From assembly GCA_965222375.1 (NCBI GenBank), contig CBDCTZ010000016.1:1440001-1504000 (forward strand): a stretch of 64,000 nt of DNA. The letters are read 5' to 3'. The stretch's first letter is position 1, and every line of letters begins with the position of its first letter. Origin of the DNA: Polyangiaceae bacterium. GTDB lineage: Bacteria > Myxococcota_A > Polyangia > Polyangiales > Polyangiaceae. This document shows, piece by piece, positions 18,971 through 28,827 of this stretch. The translations under genes were made by a program, and so were the position numbers. Below the pieces are notes generated by a model. It had not been told where the DNA came from. It worked only from the letters and a program-made list of their open reading frames with translations, and searched no databases.

Positions 18971-20374
18971 TCACACGCGGCTGTCGACGGAGAGGTCTGT
19001 ATTGGGAGCTTCGAAGCCGTCGAAGAGTGCGGCAGCGCAAGGCACGACAACCGCGCTGAGGCCTTCGCGTCGGACGCTCTCGAGCTCCTCCGGTTGGAGC
19101 CGGCCGTGCGTCGCCCAGGCTTCTGGGTCCACGCCGCTCGGTGGCGGCGCAGCATGACGATGCCGCTCCTGATCGAGGTAACGCTTCAGGCACGCGCGCA
19201 GTTCGTTGACGATGCGAGGACCGCCCTGCTCGATCGCCCAGCGCACCACCTTCCACGAAAACGCCGCGTGGCGAGACTCGTCTTCGGCAATCTTCTCGAG
19301 GGCGCGTCGGACCTCCGGATCCGTGGCGACGCGCGCTTGCTCCGCCGCGATGAGCGCAGCCAGGGTTTCTCCCAGACAACCTTCTTCGAAGGTAGCGCGC
19401 GCGAGCCCGAGGAGATCCACCTTGCCCATGGCGCCTTCGATCGATAGGGCCCCGGGGCCAATCTTCCGGTCGGAAAATTTGCTGGCGATGCCAAAACACA
19501 GCTTGGCGTGCTCGATCTCGTCATTGGCGCTGTCCTGGGATTCCCGAACCAGGTGCGGCGGGGCGCCCAGGGCAAGAAGCTCGAGCGTAAGCCGCGCAAA
19601 GGCAGCGACGGACGCGTGTTCGATGAGGCCGTCGACGTGCCAGGCGTCGCCGAGAGCCTCCCGAGTTGCGTCGTTCAAAGTGTTGGGCGAGCCGCTCAGG
19701 TCGGCAGCCAGCCAGTCTGTTCGCTCCACGGCTTTGGCCGTCCGGATCTCGCCGTCGATAGTGAGGGGGCGACCGACCAAACAAGAGATTGTCTCGTAGC
19801 AGCAATAACCAGCGACCTCGATCGCCTCACCCTGCAACCAAACCGGGAAGCCACCCGTCTGACACAGCGGGTATGCGTTCAGATCGACGGAGCTCGTGGT
19901 CGGGCACCCGGACGTGTTTGGAGTGCCCGGCTGGACGGGGACTTTGCCCTTGAGCCAGCAGGAGTCCCAATTGGTGCAACTGCCGCAGTCGTTGAAGCCT
20001 TTGGTGTAGAAGTCGCCGCCACTGCCGCCGGCGCCCGCGGCGCCACCGGTCGCGACGCCGCCAGTTCCGGACCCCCCGGCACCCGCGATGCCGCCCGCGC
20101 CTGCTGCGCCACCGATTCCGCCGCCCGCGCCCGCTTGCCCCGCAAACCCCCCGGAGCTGGTGCCTCCGGAGCTCGCTCCTCCAGTGCTGGTGCTGCCGCC
20201 GGTGCTCGTCGAGCCACCGCTACTGGTGCCACCGGAGCCGGCTCCACCCGTGCTGCTGGCTCCCCCGGTGTTGCTATCTGATTCACTGGAGCCGCCGCAT
20301 GCCGTGGCGGCGAAGGCGCCTCCCGCGACAATGGCTAGAATTTGAGCGCGCAACAGGCTTGATGGGTTTCTCAT
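18971..20374 (-). CDS. Lipoprotein with Gly linker, Cys-rich segment and C-terminal ferritin-like (diiron) domain
   Basis: 'FAATAC' lipobox; 'EHASVAAF...DEIEHA...EEGCLGE...DESRHA' (two ExxH motifs); start taken as the ATG at 20374. Confidence 0.8.
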   Translation of the reverse strand: MRNPSSLLRAQILAIVAGGAFAATACGGSSESDSNTGGASSTGGAGSGGTSSGGSTSTGGSTSTGGASSGGTSSGGFAGQAGAGGGIGGAAGAGGIAGAGGSGTGGVATGGAAGAGGSGGDFYTKGFNDCGSCTNWDSCWLKGKVPVQPGTPNTSGCPTTSSVDLNAYPLCQTGGFPVWLQGEAIEVAGYCCYETISCLVGRPLTIDGEIRTAKAVERTDWLAADLSGSPNTLNDATREALGDAWHVDGLIEHASVAAFARLTLELLALGAPPHLVRESQDSANDEIEHAKLCFGIASKFSDRKIGPGALSIEGAMGKVDLLGLARATFEEGCLGETLAALIAAEQARVATDPEVRRALEKIAEDESRHAAFSWKVVRWAIEQGGPRIVNELRACLKRYLDQERHRHAAPPPSGVDPEAWATHGRLQPEELESVRREGLSAVVVPCAAALFDGFEAPNTDLSVDSRV

Positions 20375-20583
20375 GGCTGGCGCAGAGTATGAAAGGAAGC
20401 CGGGCTGCGCGCTAGGGCGGGCACAAATCCGACTGATGTCGGTGTGTTGCAGCAAGTCCGTGGCGACAGGTACCAAGCCCTGCCCGACCTCAGCGTCGGG
20501 TGCTCTTTCGATTCGACTGCTCGATGCGTGAAGTGCGACCGTCGTTGACGGCTCGTTCGGGGCGTGTTCCATAGCTCTCACCC

Positions 20584-22302
20584 ATGGGTTCGCACGCCGC
20601 GATTACGGACACCACCCCGCAGCCGTCTACAAACCAGGATTCCGGCGGCGCAGCGTTGGCTCGTGCTTCCGACATATCGCTCACCGTAGGCAACTGGCTC
20701 TACGGGCGCGGCTTTCGTGACGCCGACGTGGTCCGAGGTTTCTTGGATCCTCGTCTTCAAGATCTAACAGACCCGAGCGGCATGGTGGATCGCGATTTGG
20801 CAGCGGAACGCATTGCCCGGGCCGTAGACGCTCAGGAACGCATTTGCATTTTTGGGGACTACGACTGCGACGGGATCACTTCCGCGGCCATCATGACCAG
20901 CGTGCTACGCGCGCTGGGGGCGCAGGTCCAACCGCTGCTGGCCAGTCGCTTCGATGGCGGCTATGGCGTGTCTGCCGCCGCCGCTGGGCGGATCCAAGCG
21001 ACAGGTGCGAGCTTGCTGATCACCTGTGATTGCGGTTCGTCGGATCACGCTGCCTTGGCCAATTTGGCCAAGAATGGCGTCGACATCATCGTCATTGATC
21101 ACCACTTGGTTCCCGAAGAGCCCTTGCCAGCACTGGCTTTCCTGAACCCGAACCGACCGGATTGTGGCTTCGCTTTCAAGGGCTTGGCCTCCTGTGGCTT
21201 GGCCCTGTCCGTCGCGGCCGCTTTGCGCAAGCGCCTCGCCAAGCAGCTGGACTTGCGACACTGGCTGGATCTCGTGGCCATAGGTACGATCGCGGACGTT
21301 GTGCCCCTAGAGGGCGACAATCGCGCCTTGACCCGGGCGGGGCTGGCGCGCATCGCTCGGGCCGAGCGGCCCGGAGTACGCGCCTTGCTAGAACTTGCTC
21401 GCTTCGACGCCGCCCGGCGTATCAGCAGTGAGGACGTCGCGTTTCGTATTGCACCACGCATCAACGCCCCGGGTCGTCTTGGATCACCGGACCTGGCCCT
21501 GGAACTACTGTTGGCGGAAACCCCGGACGCTGCTCGGGGCATCGCAGCGCAGATAGAGCAGGTCCAGAAAGAGCGACGAACCATTCAGGATCGCATGATC
21601 GCCGAAGCCGTGGAGGAGATAGAGCGCGAAGGCTGGGCATCGCGCCCGGCCATAGTCGTCGGCCGCGATGGTTGGAATCACGGCATCGTTGGAATAGTGG
21701 CTGGCCGACTAGTTGGGCGCTACGGCAAGCCCTGCATCGTTGTTGGCTTCGAAGAAACTCGTGGGCGTGGTTCAGTCCGCGGCCCCGCCGGCTCGCGACT
21801 CCACGACGCTCTCGTCGAGTCGCGGTCGACTCTCGAGCGATTTGGCGGCCACCAAGCCGCCGCGGGCCTCGAAGTGAGAGCAGAGCGCTTAGCAGAACTG
21901 CGTGAGGCCTTCGAGTCAGCGTGCGCACGAGCGTTGCAGGCTGACCCGAAGGCGTCGACGGATCGGGAGTTGACGATTCGTTTGGAGCCAACGGACGATC
22001 CTCGTCGCGTGCTCACGGATCTGGAGCGGTTGGAACCCTGCGGGGCTGGCAATCCACTGCCTCGGTTGCTGGCCGACGTGCGGGTGCTGTTCGCGCGCGA
22101 GGTCCGGGGTGGACATCTGAAGTTGGAGCTGGAGCTCGAGGGTGGGCAGCGATTAGCGGGCTTTGGGCCTTCCCTCGGGGCGGAAGCCGAGGCCATTGGG
22201 GCAGCGCCGCGAGCTCGAGTGCTTGGGACCCTGCGCGCCGACAGCTATCGCGGCGGCGACGCCGTAGAAATGCGTGTCTCGGAAGTGCAATCTCTCGCCT
22301 AG
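20584..22302 (+). CDS. recJ: Single-stranded DNA exonuclease RecJ
   Basis: 'GDYDCDG', 'ITCDCG', 'IDHH', 'GTIADVVPL', 'PRINAPGRL', 'FGGHQAAAG'. Confidence 0.95.
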   Translation: MGSHAAITDTTPQPSTNQDSGGAALARASDISLTVGNWLYGRGFRDADVVRGFLDPRLQDLTDPSGMVDRDLAAERIARAVDAQERICIFGDYDCDGITSAAIMTSVLRALGAQVQPLLASRFDGGYGVSAAAAGRIQATGASLLITCDCGSSDHAALANLAKNGVDIIVIDHHLVPEEPLPALAFLNPNRPDCGFAFKGLASCGLALSVAAALRKRLAKQLDLRHWLDLVAIGTIADVVPLEGDNRALTRAGLARIARAERPGVRALLELARFDAARRISSEDVAFRIAPRINAPGRLGSPDLALELLLAETPDAARGIAAQIEQVQKERRTIQDRMIAEAVEEIEREGWASRPAIVVGRDGWNHGIVGIVAGRLVGRYGKPCIVVGFEETRGRGSVRGPAGSRLHDALVESRSTLERFGGHQAAAGLEVRAERLAELREAFESACARALQADPKASTDRELTIRLEPTDDPRRVLTDLERLEPCGAGNPLPRLLADVRVLFAREVRGGHLKLELELEGGQRLAGFGPSLGAEAEAIGAAPRARVLGTLRADSYRGGDAVEMRVSEVQSLA

Positions 22303-22350
22303 GCATTGGGCCTTTGAAAACGGGCTCAGGTCGTTCATCCTGCCCGGCGG

Positions 22351-23133
22351 ATGTCCGATGTGCTGGTTCGCTTCGCCAACGTCAGCAAGGCGTTTGGGCC
22401 CAAAGTCGTCTACCGCGGATTGAACCTGGAAATCCGTCGGGGTCACGTGCTGACGGTGGTGGGTGGTTCGGGCGTTGGCAAGAGCGTGATGCTCAAGATG
22501 CTGATCGGGCTCCTGATCCCGGATCGCGGCAGCATCAGCTTCGACGGCCAAGAGGTCGTGGGCATGAGCGAGCATAAGCTCAGCCACGTGCGCCGTCGAA
22601 TCGCGATGTTGTTTCAGGCCGGGGCGCTGTTCGATTCCCTGACGGTGTTTGACAACGTGGCCTACGGCTTGGAGGAGCACTTTCGCTACACGATGACGAA
22701 GAAGGACATCGCCGAACGCGTGGAGTGGGCGCTGGGTCTCGTGGGCTTGCCGGGAATCGAGGAAATGTGGCCCGCGGATCTGTCTGGGGGCATGCGCAAG
22801 CGGGTCGCCCTCGCGCGTGCGATCGCCGTGCACCCCGAAGTGCTCTTGTACGACGAGCCGACCACGGGGTTGGACCCCATCAACACCGCACGGGTGAACC
22901 ATTTGATCATGGGTCTGCAGGAGCGCTTGAACATCACCAGCGTCGTGGTGACGCACGACATGAAGAGCGCTTTTGGCATCAGCGATCGCATCGCCATGGT
23001 GCACTCGGGCCAGATCATTTGCGAAGGCACGGTCAAGGAATTCCAAGCTGCCACCGACCCCCGAGTCTCGGACTTCATCGAGGGGCGCGCCCCCGTGAAG
23101 GAGAGCGTCGAAACCCTGTTGACCAGTGGCTGA
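22351..23133 (+). CDS. mlaF: MlaF-type ABC transporter ATP-binding protein
   Basis: 'GGSGVGKS', 'FQAGALFDSLTV', 'LSGGMRKRV', 'YDEPTTGLDP', 'VTHD'. Confidence 0.9.
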   Translation: MSDVLVRFANVSKAFGPKVVYRGLNLEIRRGHVLTVVGGSGVGKSVMLKMLIGLLIPDRGSISFDGQEVVGMSEHKLSHVRRRIAMLFQAGALFDSLTVFDNVAYGLEEHFRYTMTKKDIAERVEWALGLVGLPGIEEMWPADLSGGMRKRVALARAIAVHPEVLLYDEPTTGLDPINTARVNHLIMGLQERLNITSVVVTHDMKSAFGISDRIAMVHSGQIICEGTVKEFQAATDPRVSDFIEGRAPVKESVETLLTSG

Positions 23134-23218
23134 GCCCGTCTTGGCCAATCGTCCCGGGGATTTGGCGCGTGCGTTGCGGTTTTGTGGCCAACGACTACCC
23201 TAAGACGACGGGCACTAC

Positions 23219-24400
23219 ATGGCTTCCAAGCGTGACATAAAGGTCGGAGCTTTCGTCCTCGTCGGCCTTGTGGTTATCGGCCTGACCGTGTTCCTGATCG
23301 GGGACGAGCGATCCCTGTTCCAACCCAAGGAGGAATTCAAAGCCGTCTTCGAGGATGTGCAGGGATTGAAGCGCGGTTCCATGGTCCGCATGGGCGGAAT
23401 CGACGTCGGAAGCGTGAAGGGGGTCCGCTATTCAAAGGACCGCAACGACCTGAAGCTCTACGTCACCATCGTCGTGGTGCGGGACGAGTCCCGGCGAATC
23501 CGTGAGGACAGCGTGATCAGCATCGCGGGCAAAGGCTTGCTCGGCGACAAGATGATGGTCATCACCGCTGGGAGTCCGGAAAAGAATGCGATTCCACCGG
23601 GCGGCACCATTCCATCGAAGTCTTCGGACAACCTCGAAGCTGCGCTCGCCAAGCTGAGCGGAATTGGCGACAAGGCTGAGAAGATCGTCACCAATCTGGA
23701 GAAGACGACGTCAGCCCTTGCCGACGATCAGTTCACCAAGGACCTGAAGGGTACCGTCCATTCGCTGAACAACATTCTGCAGTCCGTGGACAAAGGGGAT
23801 GGCTACGCATCCAAGATCCTGAACGACCCTGAAGAAGCACAGAAACTGTCTCGGGCGCTCACCAACCTGGAAAAGACGTCAGCGAAACTGAATCGTACCC
23901 TCACGGGTGTGAATTCCATCGTACGGCGGGTGGAGACCGGGCCAGGACTGGCGCATGAAGTGCTCTACGGCGAAGAGTCCGCCAAGTCAGTCGTTCACTT
24001 CGGTTCTGCTGCCGAAGAGCTGGCCCTGACGCTCAAGGGTGTGCGTCAAGGCAACGGTATCGCCAAGAGCGTCATCTACGGTGACGACAACACGCAACAG
24101 ATCATGGGTAACCTGAACGCCATGAGTTCGGATTTGCGCAAGATCGTGGCGGATGTTCGGCGCGGCAAAGGGACCGTCGGTGCATTGCTGGTCGATCCGT
24201 CCGTGTATGAAGATCTGAAAGTGGTGCTCGGTAACGTCGAGCGGAACAAGACACTGCGGGCGTTGGTTCGATATTCCATCAAGCAGGATGAAACGACCCC
24301 CAAGGTCGAGGTCGCAGACCCCGAGGCCGCTCCTCCCCGCGTTCGGGCACAGGGGTCGGCGTCCACCGGCGCGAGCGGGGCACGCGCGCCCAAGCCCTGA
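23219..24400 (+). CDS. MCE/MlaD family protein with long helical extension
   Basis: N-terminal TM 'IKVGAFVLVG'; 'VQGLKRGSMVRMGGIDVGSV'; 'GLLGDK'; 'GKGTVGALLVDPSVYEDL'. Confidence 0.9.
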   Translation: MASKRDIKVGAFVLVGLVVIGLTVFLIGDERSLFQPKEEFKAVFEDVQGLKRGSMVRMGGIDVGSVKGVRYSKDRNDLKLYVTIVVVRDESRRIREDSVISIAGKGLLGDKMMVITAGSPEKNAIPPGGTIPSKSSDNLEAALAKLSGIGDKAEKIVTNLEKTTSALADDQFTKDLKGTVHSLNNILQSVDKGDGYASKILNDPEEAQKLSRALTNLEKTSAKLNRTLTGVNSIVRRVETGPGLAHEVLYGEESAKSVVHFGSAAEELALTLKGVRQGNGIAKSVIYGDDNTQQIMGNLNAMSSDLRKIVADVRRGKGTVGALLVDPSVYEDLKVVLGNVERNKTLRALVRYSIKQDETTPKVEVADPEAAPPRVRAQGSASTGASGARAPKP

Positions 24401-24488
24401 CCATGCAATTGCCCCGAATTAGCCGGGTTCTACCACCGCTATTTGCAACGGCTGTTCAGCTGCCTGCAGCGTTCTATACTGCTTGACG

Positions 24489-27400
24489 ATGCGAATTCTC
24501 GAGCGAGTCGGACGGGGGTTGGTGGTGCTGAGCGTGTTCGCGCTGGCGTCCTACTTCGCCCTGAACTTCGGCACGGGTGGTCTGTGGCGTGGCCTCGAGG
24601 CGGCGCACGCCGTTACGGCACCGGGTGAGCACAAAGCTCCCTACGATCTGACCCAACTCCAGGCCGTCAACGAAACCCTCAAGACGATTCGCGACAAGTA
24701 CGTGGAGCCTTCGCGGGTGAGCCCGCGGCAGATGTTTTTGAATGCTCTGAACCAAGTCCAAAAAGAAGTCGCTCAGGTCATCATCTCGCACGACAAGAAG
24801 TCTCCCACGGTCAAGGTGCGCATCGAGACCGAGGAAAAGGAGTTTCGCGTCGACAACGTGCAAGGCCCCTGGGACGTCGCCGCCCGCCTCCGCGAAGTCT
24901 TCGTATTCCTGCAGAAGCACCTGAAGAACACAGAAGTTGATTTGCGCGAGGTCGAGTACGCAGCTTGCAACGGCATTCTTCGCACCCTCGATCCCCACAG
25001 TATCTTCCTCTCGCCGGAAGCGTACCGAGAGATGAACCTGTCCACGTCAGGGCACTTCGGCGGCCTGGGTATCGTCATTTCGATTCGAGATCAGATGCTG
25101 ACTATCATGCGCCCAATGCCCGACACGCCGGCTGGGCGGGCCGGGCTGAAGCGCCTCGACCGCATCACCAAGATCAACAACGAGTCGACCCTGAACATGC
25201 CCCTCGACGATGCGGTGAAGCGGCTTCGCGGCAAACCCGGGAGTAAGGTGACGATCTGGATTCACCGCGACGGAAAGAACGGTTGGCAAGGATCGCGACC
25301 CTTCGAGCTGACCCGAGAAGAAATCCGCATTCGCAGCATTGACGCGCGCTCCTTGGGCAACGGCATCGGCTATGTCCGAATCAAGCAATTCCAGCAGAGC
25401 ACCGACAACGAGTTGGAAGCCGCTCTGTCGGGCCTTGCCAAGGGCGAGCGTATCAAGGGCATCGTGCTCGACCTACGGGGCAACCCAGGTGGCCTATTGG
25501 ATCAAGCCGCCAAGGTAGCCAATCGCTTCCTAGACGCGGGCGTGATTGTGGCCACGGTTGGTGCCAGCGAGGGCAGGGAAGAGAAGAAGGCGACCCGACG
25601 AGAAACCCAACCGCCCTATCCCATTGTCGTCCTGGCCAGTGGCTCCAGCGCGAGCGCTAGCGAGATTGTGGCGGGAGCCCTAAAAAACCGCGACCGCGCT
25701 GTCCTGGTTGGTCAAACTACTTTCGGAAAGGGCAGCGTGCAACTGGTGTTCCCGAGGATCACGCCCGACGGTGCCGCGCTCAAGTTGACCATTGCGCAGT
25801 ATCTGACGCCTGGGGACGTGTCGATTCAGGGGGTTGGCGTTACGCCCGATATCCAGCTGGACCCGATGACCGCTGACACGCTGGAAATGGATCTCTTCAG
25901 AGAGGACAGCCCGCTGAAGGAACGGGATCTGTCCAAGTCTTTGACTGGGGCCGCGCGGCGCTCCAGCGACAGGCCGTTCTTCAAACTTCGCTACAACCTG
26001 CCGGAGAGTCGACGCGCGAAGATGCGCGAGCTGGGTGGCGATCTGGACGATGAATTCCAGTTGGACTACCCGATCAAGTTCTCTCGAGATCTCGCTGCGA
26101 AGCTTCCGCCGGGTGGACGCTCGGACCAGCTCCGCGCTGTGAAGAGCTTCCTGAACCGAAGCCAAGACACCCAGATTGCTGCAATTAGCGGCGATCTGGC
26201 CAAGCTCGGAATCGACTGGGGAGCTCCGCCGAAGGGCGCCAAGGAGCGGACCAAAGCGAAGGATTTCGAGGTGAAGGCCGAGACGGATCGCAAGGGGCAT
26301 ATCGTCCGGGCTGGGAAGCCGATGCACTTAAAGGTCAGCGTCAAGAACAACGCCAAGGCGCCGGTCTACCAACTCCGCGCGGTGACCAAGAGCGACACCG
26401 GTTACTACGACGAGAAAGAACTCGTGTTCGGTCGCATCAACGCGGGCGAGACGAAAACGGCAAGCGTGCCCCTAGGTTGGTGCGACATCGATGGGCGGCG
26501 CCCGGGCTCCACCAAACCGCTGCCGACAGATGCGAAGCGCAAGTGCAAGATCCCCAAAGACGCCCTGGACCGTCAGGACGTGGTCAAGATCCGCTTCCAT
26601 GCCGAGGGCGGTGACCCGCCGGCCGACGCTGAGCTCCGCCCCACGGTCAAAAGCTTGCCTCGGCCGGTGTTCGCCTACAGCTACCAAATTACCGACGACC
26701 GCCCCGGCAATGGCGATGGCCAGCTGACCCGCGGTGAAGGCGCCACCGTGTACCTGACCGTCAAGAACGTCGGCAAGGGACGCTCCTACGAGACCCAGGC
26801 CAATCTTCGAAACCTGACCGGAGACGGGCTTCTGTTGCGTGCAGGGCGATTCGACATTTCGAACATGAAACCCGGTGAGGTTCGAGAGGTAGCGTTCACG
26901 TTTGACGTCACGGGCGCGCTTCGGGAAAGCTTCGCAAAGATCGACATCAGTGTCTCCGATCGGGACTTGCGCGTCGTTTCCAACGAGAAAGTCACGATAC
27001 CGATTACGCGAAGCGGTCTGTTCGTGAAGAAAGCGGAAGGCACCGTGCGCACTGGCCGCCGAGTGTCGGTTCGGGGGCAGCCGGTCGCGGACTCTCGGGT
27101 CATCGCTGGGATACCCGCTGGAGTCACCCTGGCACGCCTGGGTACATTTGGAGGATTCACCAAAGTACGGCTCGAAGGTTCCCGCTTTGGCTACGTGAAG
27201 ACGGATGGCGTAGCTGCGGCGAATGGGCCTGCTGGGAAGTTCAAGTTGGAGCCAACGTTGAGCCGCTCCCCGCCGCTGCTGGAGGTCGCGCCGGCGGCTC
27301 TTGCCACGCGCGGGACCACTGTACGGATCAAGGCCACTGCACGAGATGGTGACCGGGTGCTCGATGCCTACGCTTTCGTTGGCTCACGCAAAGTTTTCTA

Positions 27401-27623
27401 CCAGTCCAATCGCAAGGGTAGCGACAAGAAGAAGTTGGACATTTCCTTCGAAGCTGCCTTGAACCCCGGCGTGAACGTTGTCACGGTCGTGACTCGTGAG
27501 AACGAAGACACCGCGACGAGGCGCACCCTCATCGTGCGCCGGGATGGCAAGAAGGGCGAAGCTCTCCCGACACCAAAGAGCGAAGAGTTCGGTGCCGACT
27601 GGGAGTTCCACGGCGCCAACTGA
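24489..27623 (+). CDS. S41 carboxy-terminal processing protease with PDZ and C-terminal Ig-like extensions (MXAN_5808-like)
   Basis: 'LDPHS', 'FGGLGIVI' (PDZ), 'LDLRGNPGGLL', 'SASASEIVAGAL', 'TFGKGSVQ'. Confidence 0.9.
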   Translation: MRILERVGRGLVVLSVFALASYFALNFGTGGLWRGLEAAHAVTAPGEHKAPYDLTQLQAVNETLKTIRDKYVEPSRVSPRQMFLNALNQVQKEVAQVIISHDKKSPTVKVRIETEEKEFRVDNVQGPWDVAARLREVFVFLQKHLKNTEVDLREVEYAACNGILRTLDPHSIFLSPEAYREMNLSTSGHFGGLGIVISIRDQMLTIMRPMPDTPAGRAGLKRLDRITKINNESTLNMPLDDAVKRLRGKPGSKVTIWIHRDGKNGWQGSRPFELTREEIRIRSIDARSLGNGIGYVRIKQFQQSTDNELEAALSGLAKGERIKGIVLDLRGNPGGLLDQAAKVANRFLDAGVIVATVGASEGREEKKATRRETQPPYPIVVLASGSSASASEIVAGALKNRDRAVLVGQTTFGKGSVQLVFPRITPDGAALKLTIAQYLTPGDVSIQGVGVTPDIQLDPMTADTLEMDLFREDSPLKERDLSKSLTGAARRSSDRPFFKLRYNLPESRRAKMRELGGDLDDEFQLDYPIKFSRDLAAKLPPGGRSDQLRAVKSFLNRSQDTQIAAISGDLAKLGIDWGAPPKGAKERTKAKDFEVKAETDRKGHIVRAGKPMHLKVSVKNNAKAPVYQLRAVTKSDTGYYDEKELVFGRINAGETKTASVPLGWCDIDGRRPGSTKPLPTDAKRKCKIPKDALDRQDVVKIRFHAEGGDPPADAELRPTVKSLPRPVFAYSYQITDDRPGNGDGQLTRGEGATVYLTVKNVGKGRSYETQANLRNLTGDGLLLRAGRFDISNMKPGEVREVAFTFDVTGALRESFAKIDISVSDRDLRVVSNEKVTIPITRSGLFVKKAEGTVRTGRRVSVRGQPVADSRVIAGIPAGVTLARLGTFGGFTKVRLEGSRFGYVKTDGVAAANGPAGKFKLEPTLSRSPPLLEVAPAALATRGTTVRIKATARDGDRVLDAYAFVGSRKVFYQSNRKGSDKKKLDISFEAALNPGVNVVTVVTRENEDTATRRTLIVRRDGKKGEALPTPKSEEFGADWEFHGAN

Positions 27624-27641
27624 CGAATCCGGAGCTGGAGC

Positions 27642-28400
27642 ATGATCCGTTTTCACGTGAACGTGGACCACGTGGCGACCCTGAGGAACGCCCGTGGAAC
27701 GTCGTACCCAGATCCGATTTTCGCGGCAAAGGTATGCGAGCAAGCTGGAGCTGATGGCATTACATGCCACCTCCGAGAGGACCGTCGTCACATCAAAGAT
27801 GGTGACCTTGACCGCTTGCGGGCCGAAATCGGCACCGTGCTGAATCTAGAAATGGCGGCCACAAAAGACATGACCAAGGTCGCCGAACGGGTTCGTCCGG
27901 ACGTGATCACTCTGGTGCCCGAGCGCCGGGAAGAGCGCACGACCGAAGGTGGCCTGGACGTGCTGGCGAACCGGAGCGCCATCGAGCCCATAGCTGAACT
28001 TTGCGAGCGCGAGGGGATCAAGTTGAGTTTGTTCGTCGAGGCGGACGAAAAGCAGCTCGCCGCGAGCCGCGCCATGGGGGCACGGCAGGTCGAGCTGCAC
28101 ACTGGCCAGTATTGCAACGCATCGGTCGCTGAAGCTGGTGAACGCTTGGTTCGTTTGCGAGTCGGAGCTCGGCGAGCGTTTGAATTGGGCTTGGAAGTGG
28201 CCGCTGGCCATGGGCTGACGCGGCACAACTTGGTTGAGATCGCGCGCATCGATCAAGTCGAGGAACTCAACATCGGGCATTCTCTGATCGCGGACGCCGT
28301 GTTTGGTGGATTGGACCAGGTTGTCCGGGACTTCAGGAGTGCCATCACGCGCGGGATGCTTTTGCGTACCCAGGCAGCGGTCGACACTCGTCGACGTTGA
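27642..28400 (+). CDS. pdxJ: Pyridoxine 5'-phosphate synthase
   Basis: 'VNVDHVATLRNARG..YPDP', 'HLREDRRHI', 'LVPERREERTTEGGLD', 'ELNIGH'. Confidence 0.96.
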   Translation: MIRFHVNVDHVATLRNARGTSYPDPIFAAKVCEQAGADGITCHLREDRRHIKDGDLDRLRAEIGTVLNLEMAATKDMTKVAERVRPDVITLVPERREERTTEGGLDVLANRSAIEPIAELCEREGIKLSLFVEADEKQLAASRAMGARQVELHTGQYCNASVAEAGERLVRLRVGARRAFELGLEVAAGHGLTRHNLVEIARIDQVEELNIGHSLIADAVFGGLDQVVRDFRSAITRGMLLRTQAAVDTRRR

Positions 28401-28443
28401 TTTCTCTCGACAGCCGGCCGCGTCCCGTCAGAAGCTGGCGCAC

Positions 28444-28827
28444 ATGGTTGTCGGCCTCGGAATCGACGTGGCCTCCATCGCGCGGATCCGCAGTTGCCTG
28501 GATCGATTTGGTGACCGCTTCTGGCAGCGCATTCTCACCGACGCGGAGCGTGAAGAACTCGGCGCCCAGCGCGGGGATCGTGCGGTGACCCTAGCGGGTC
28601 GTTTCGCAGCCAAAGAAGCCTTCAGCAAGGCCCTGGGCGCGCCGCCGGATGTTTGGTTCCACGATGTAGAGGTACGGCGAGGTGCTGGTGGCGTGCCGCG
28701 GCTCGCTTGGTCCGGTGCGGCGACGGCGCGTGCGGCCTCTTTGGGCGTGACCAGTGGCCACGTGAGCATCACCCACGACGCGGGCGTGGCGGCTGCGGTG
28801 GTCGTACTGGAGCGAGGAGAGAAGTGA
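28444..28827 (+). CDS. acpS: Holo-ACP synthase
   Basis: 'GLGIDV', 'AGRFAAKEAFSKALG', 'VSITHD'. Confidence 0.95.
   Translation: MVVGLGIDVASIARIRSCLDRFGDRFWQRILTDAEREELGAQRGDRAVTLAGRFAAKEAFSKALGAPPDVWFHDVEVRRGAGGVPRLAWSGAATARAASLGVTSGHVSITHDAGVAAAVVVLERGEK

Noticed and set aside
20020..20300. GGN-rich low-complexity tracts (also 4130-4320, 4740-4930, 6490-6590)
   Set aside because: They encode Gly/Ser/Thr/Ala linkers of lipoproteins and are not independent repeat elements
20375..20581. N-terminal extension of the ferritin-like ORF
   Set aside because: The signal peptide begins at the ATG at 20374; the upstream part is likely the divergent promoter region shared with recJ
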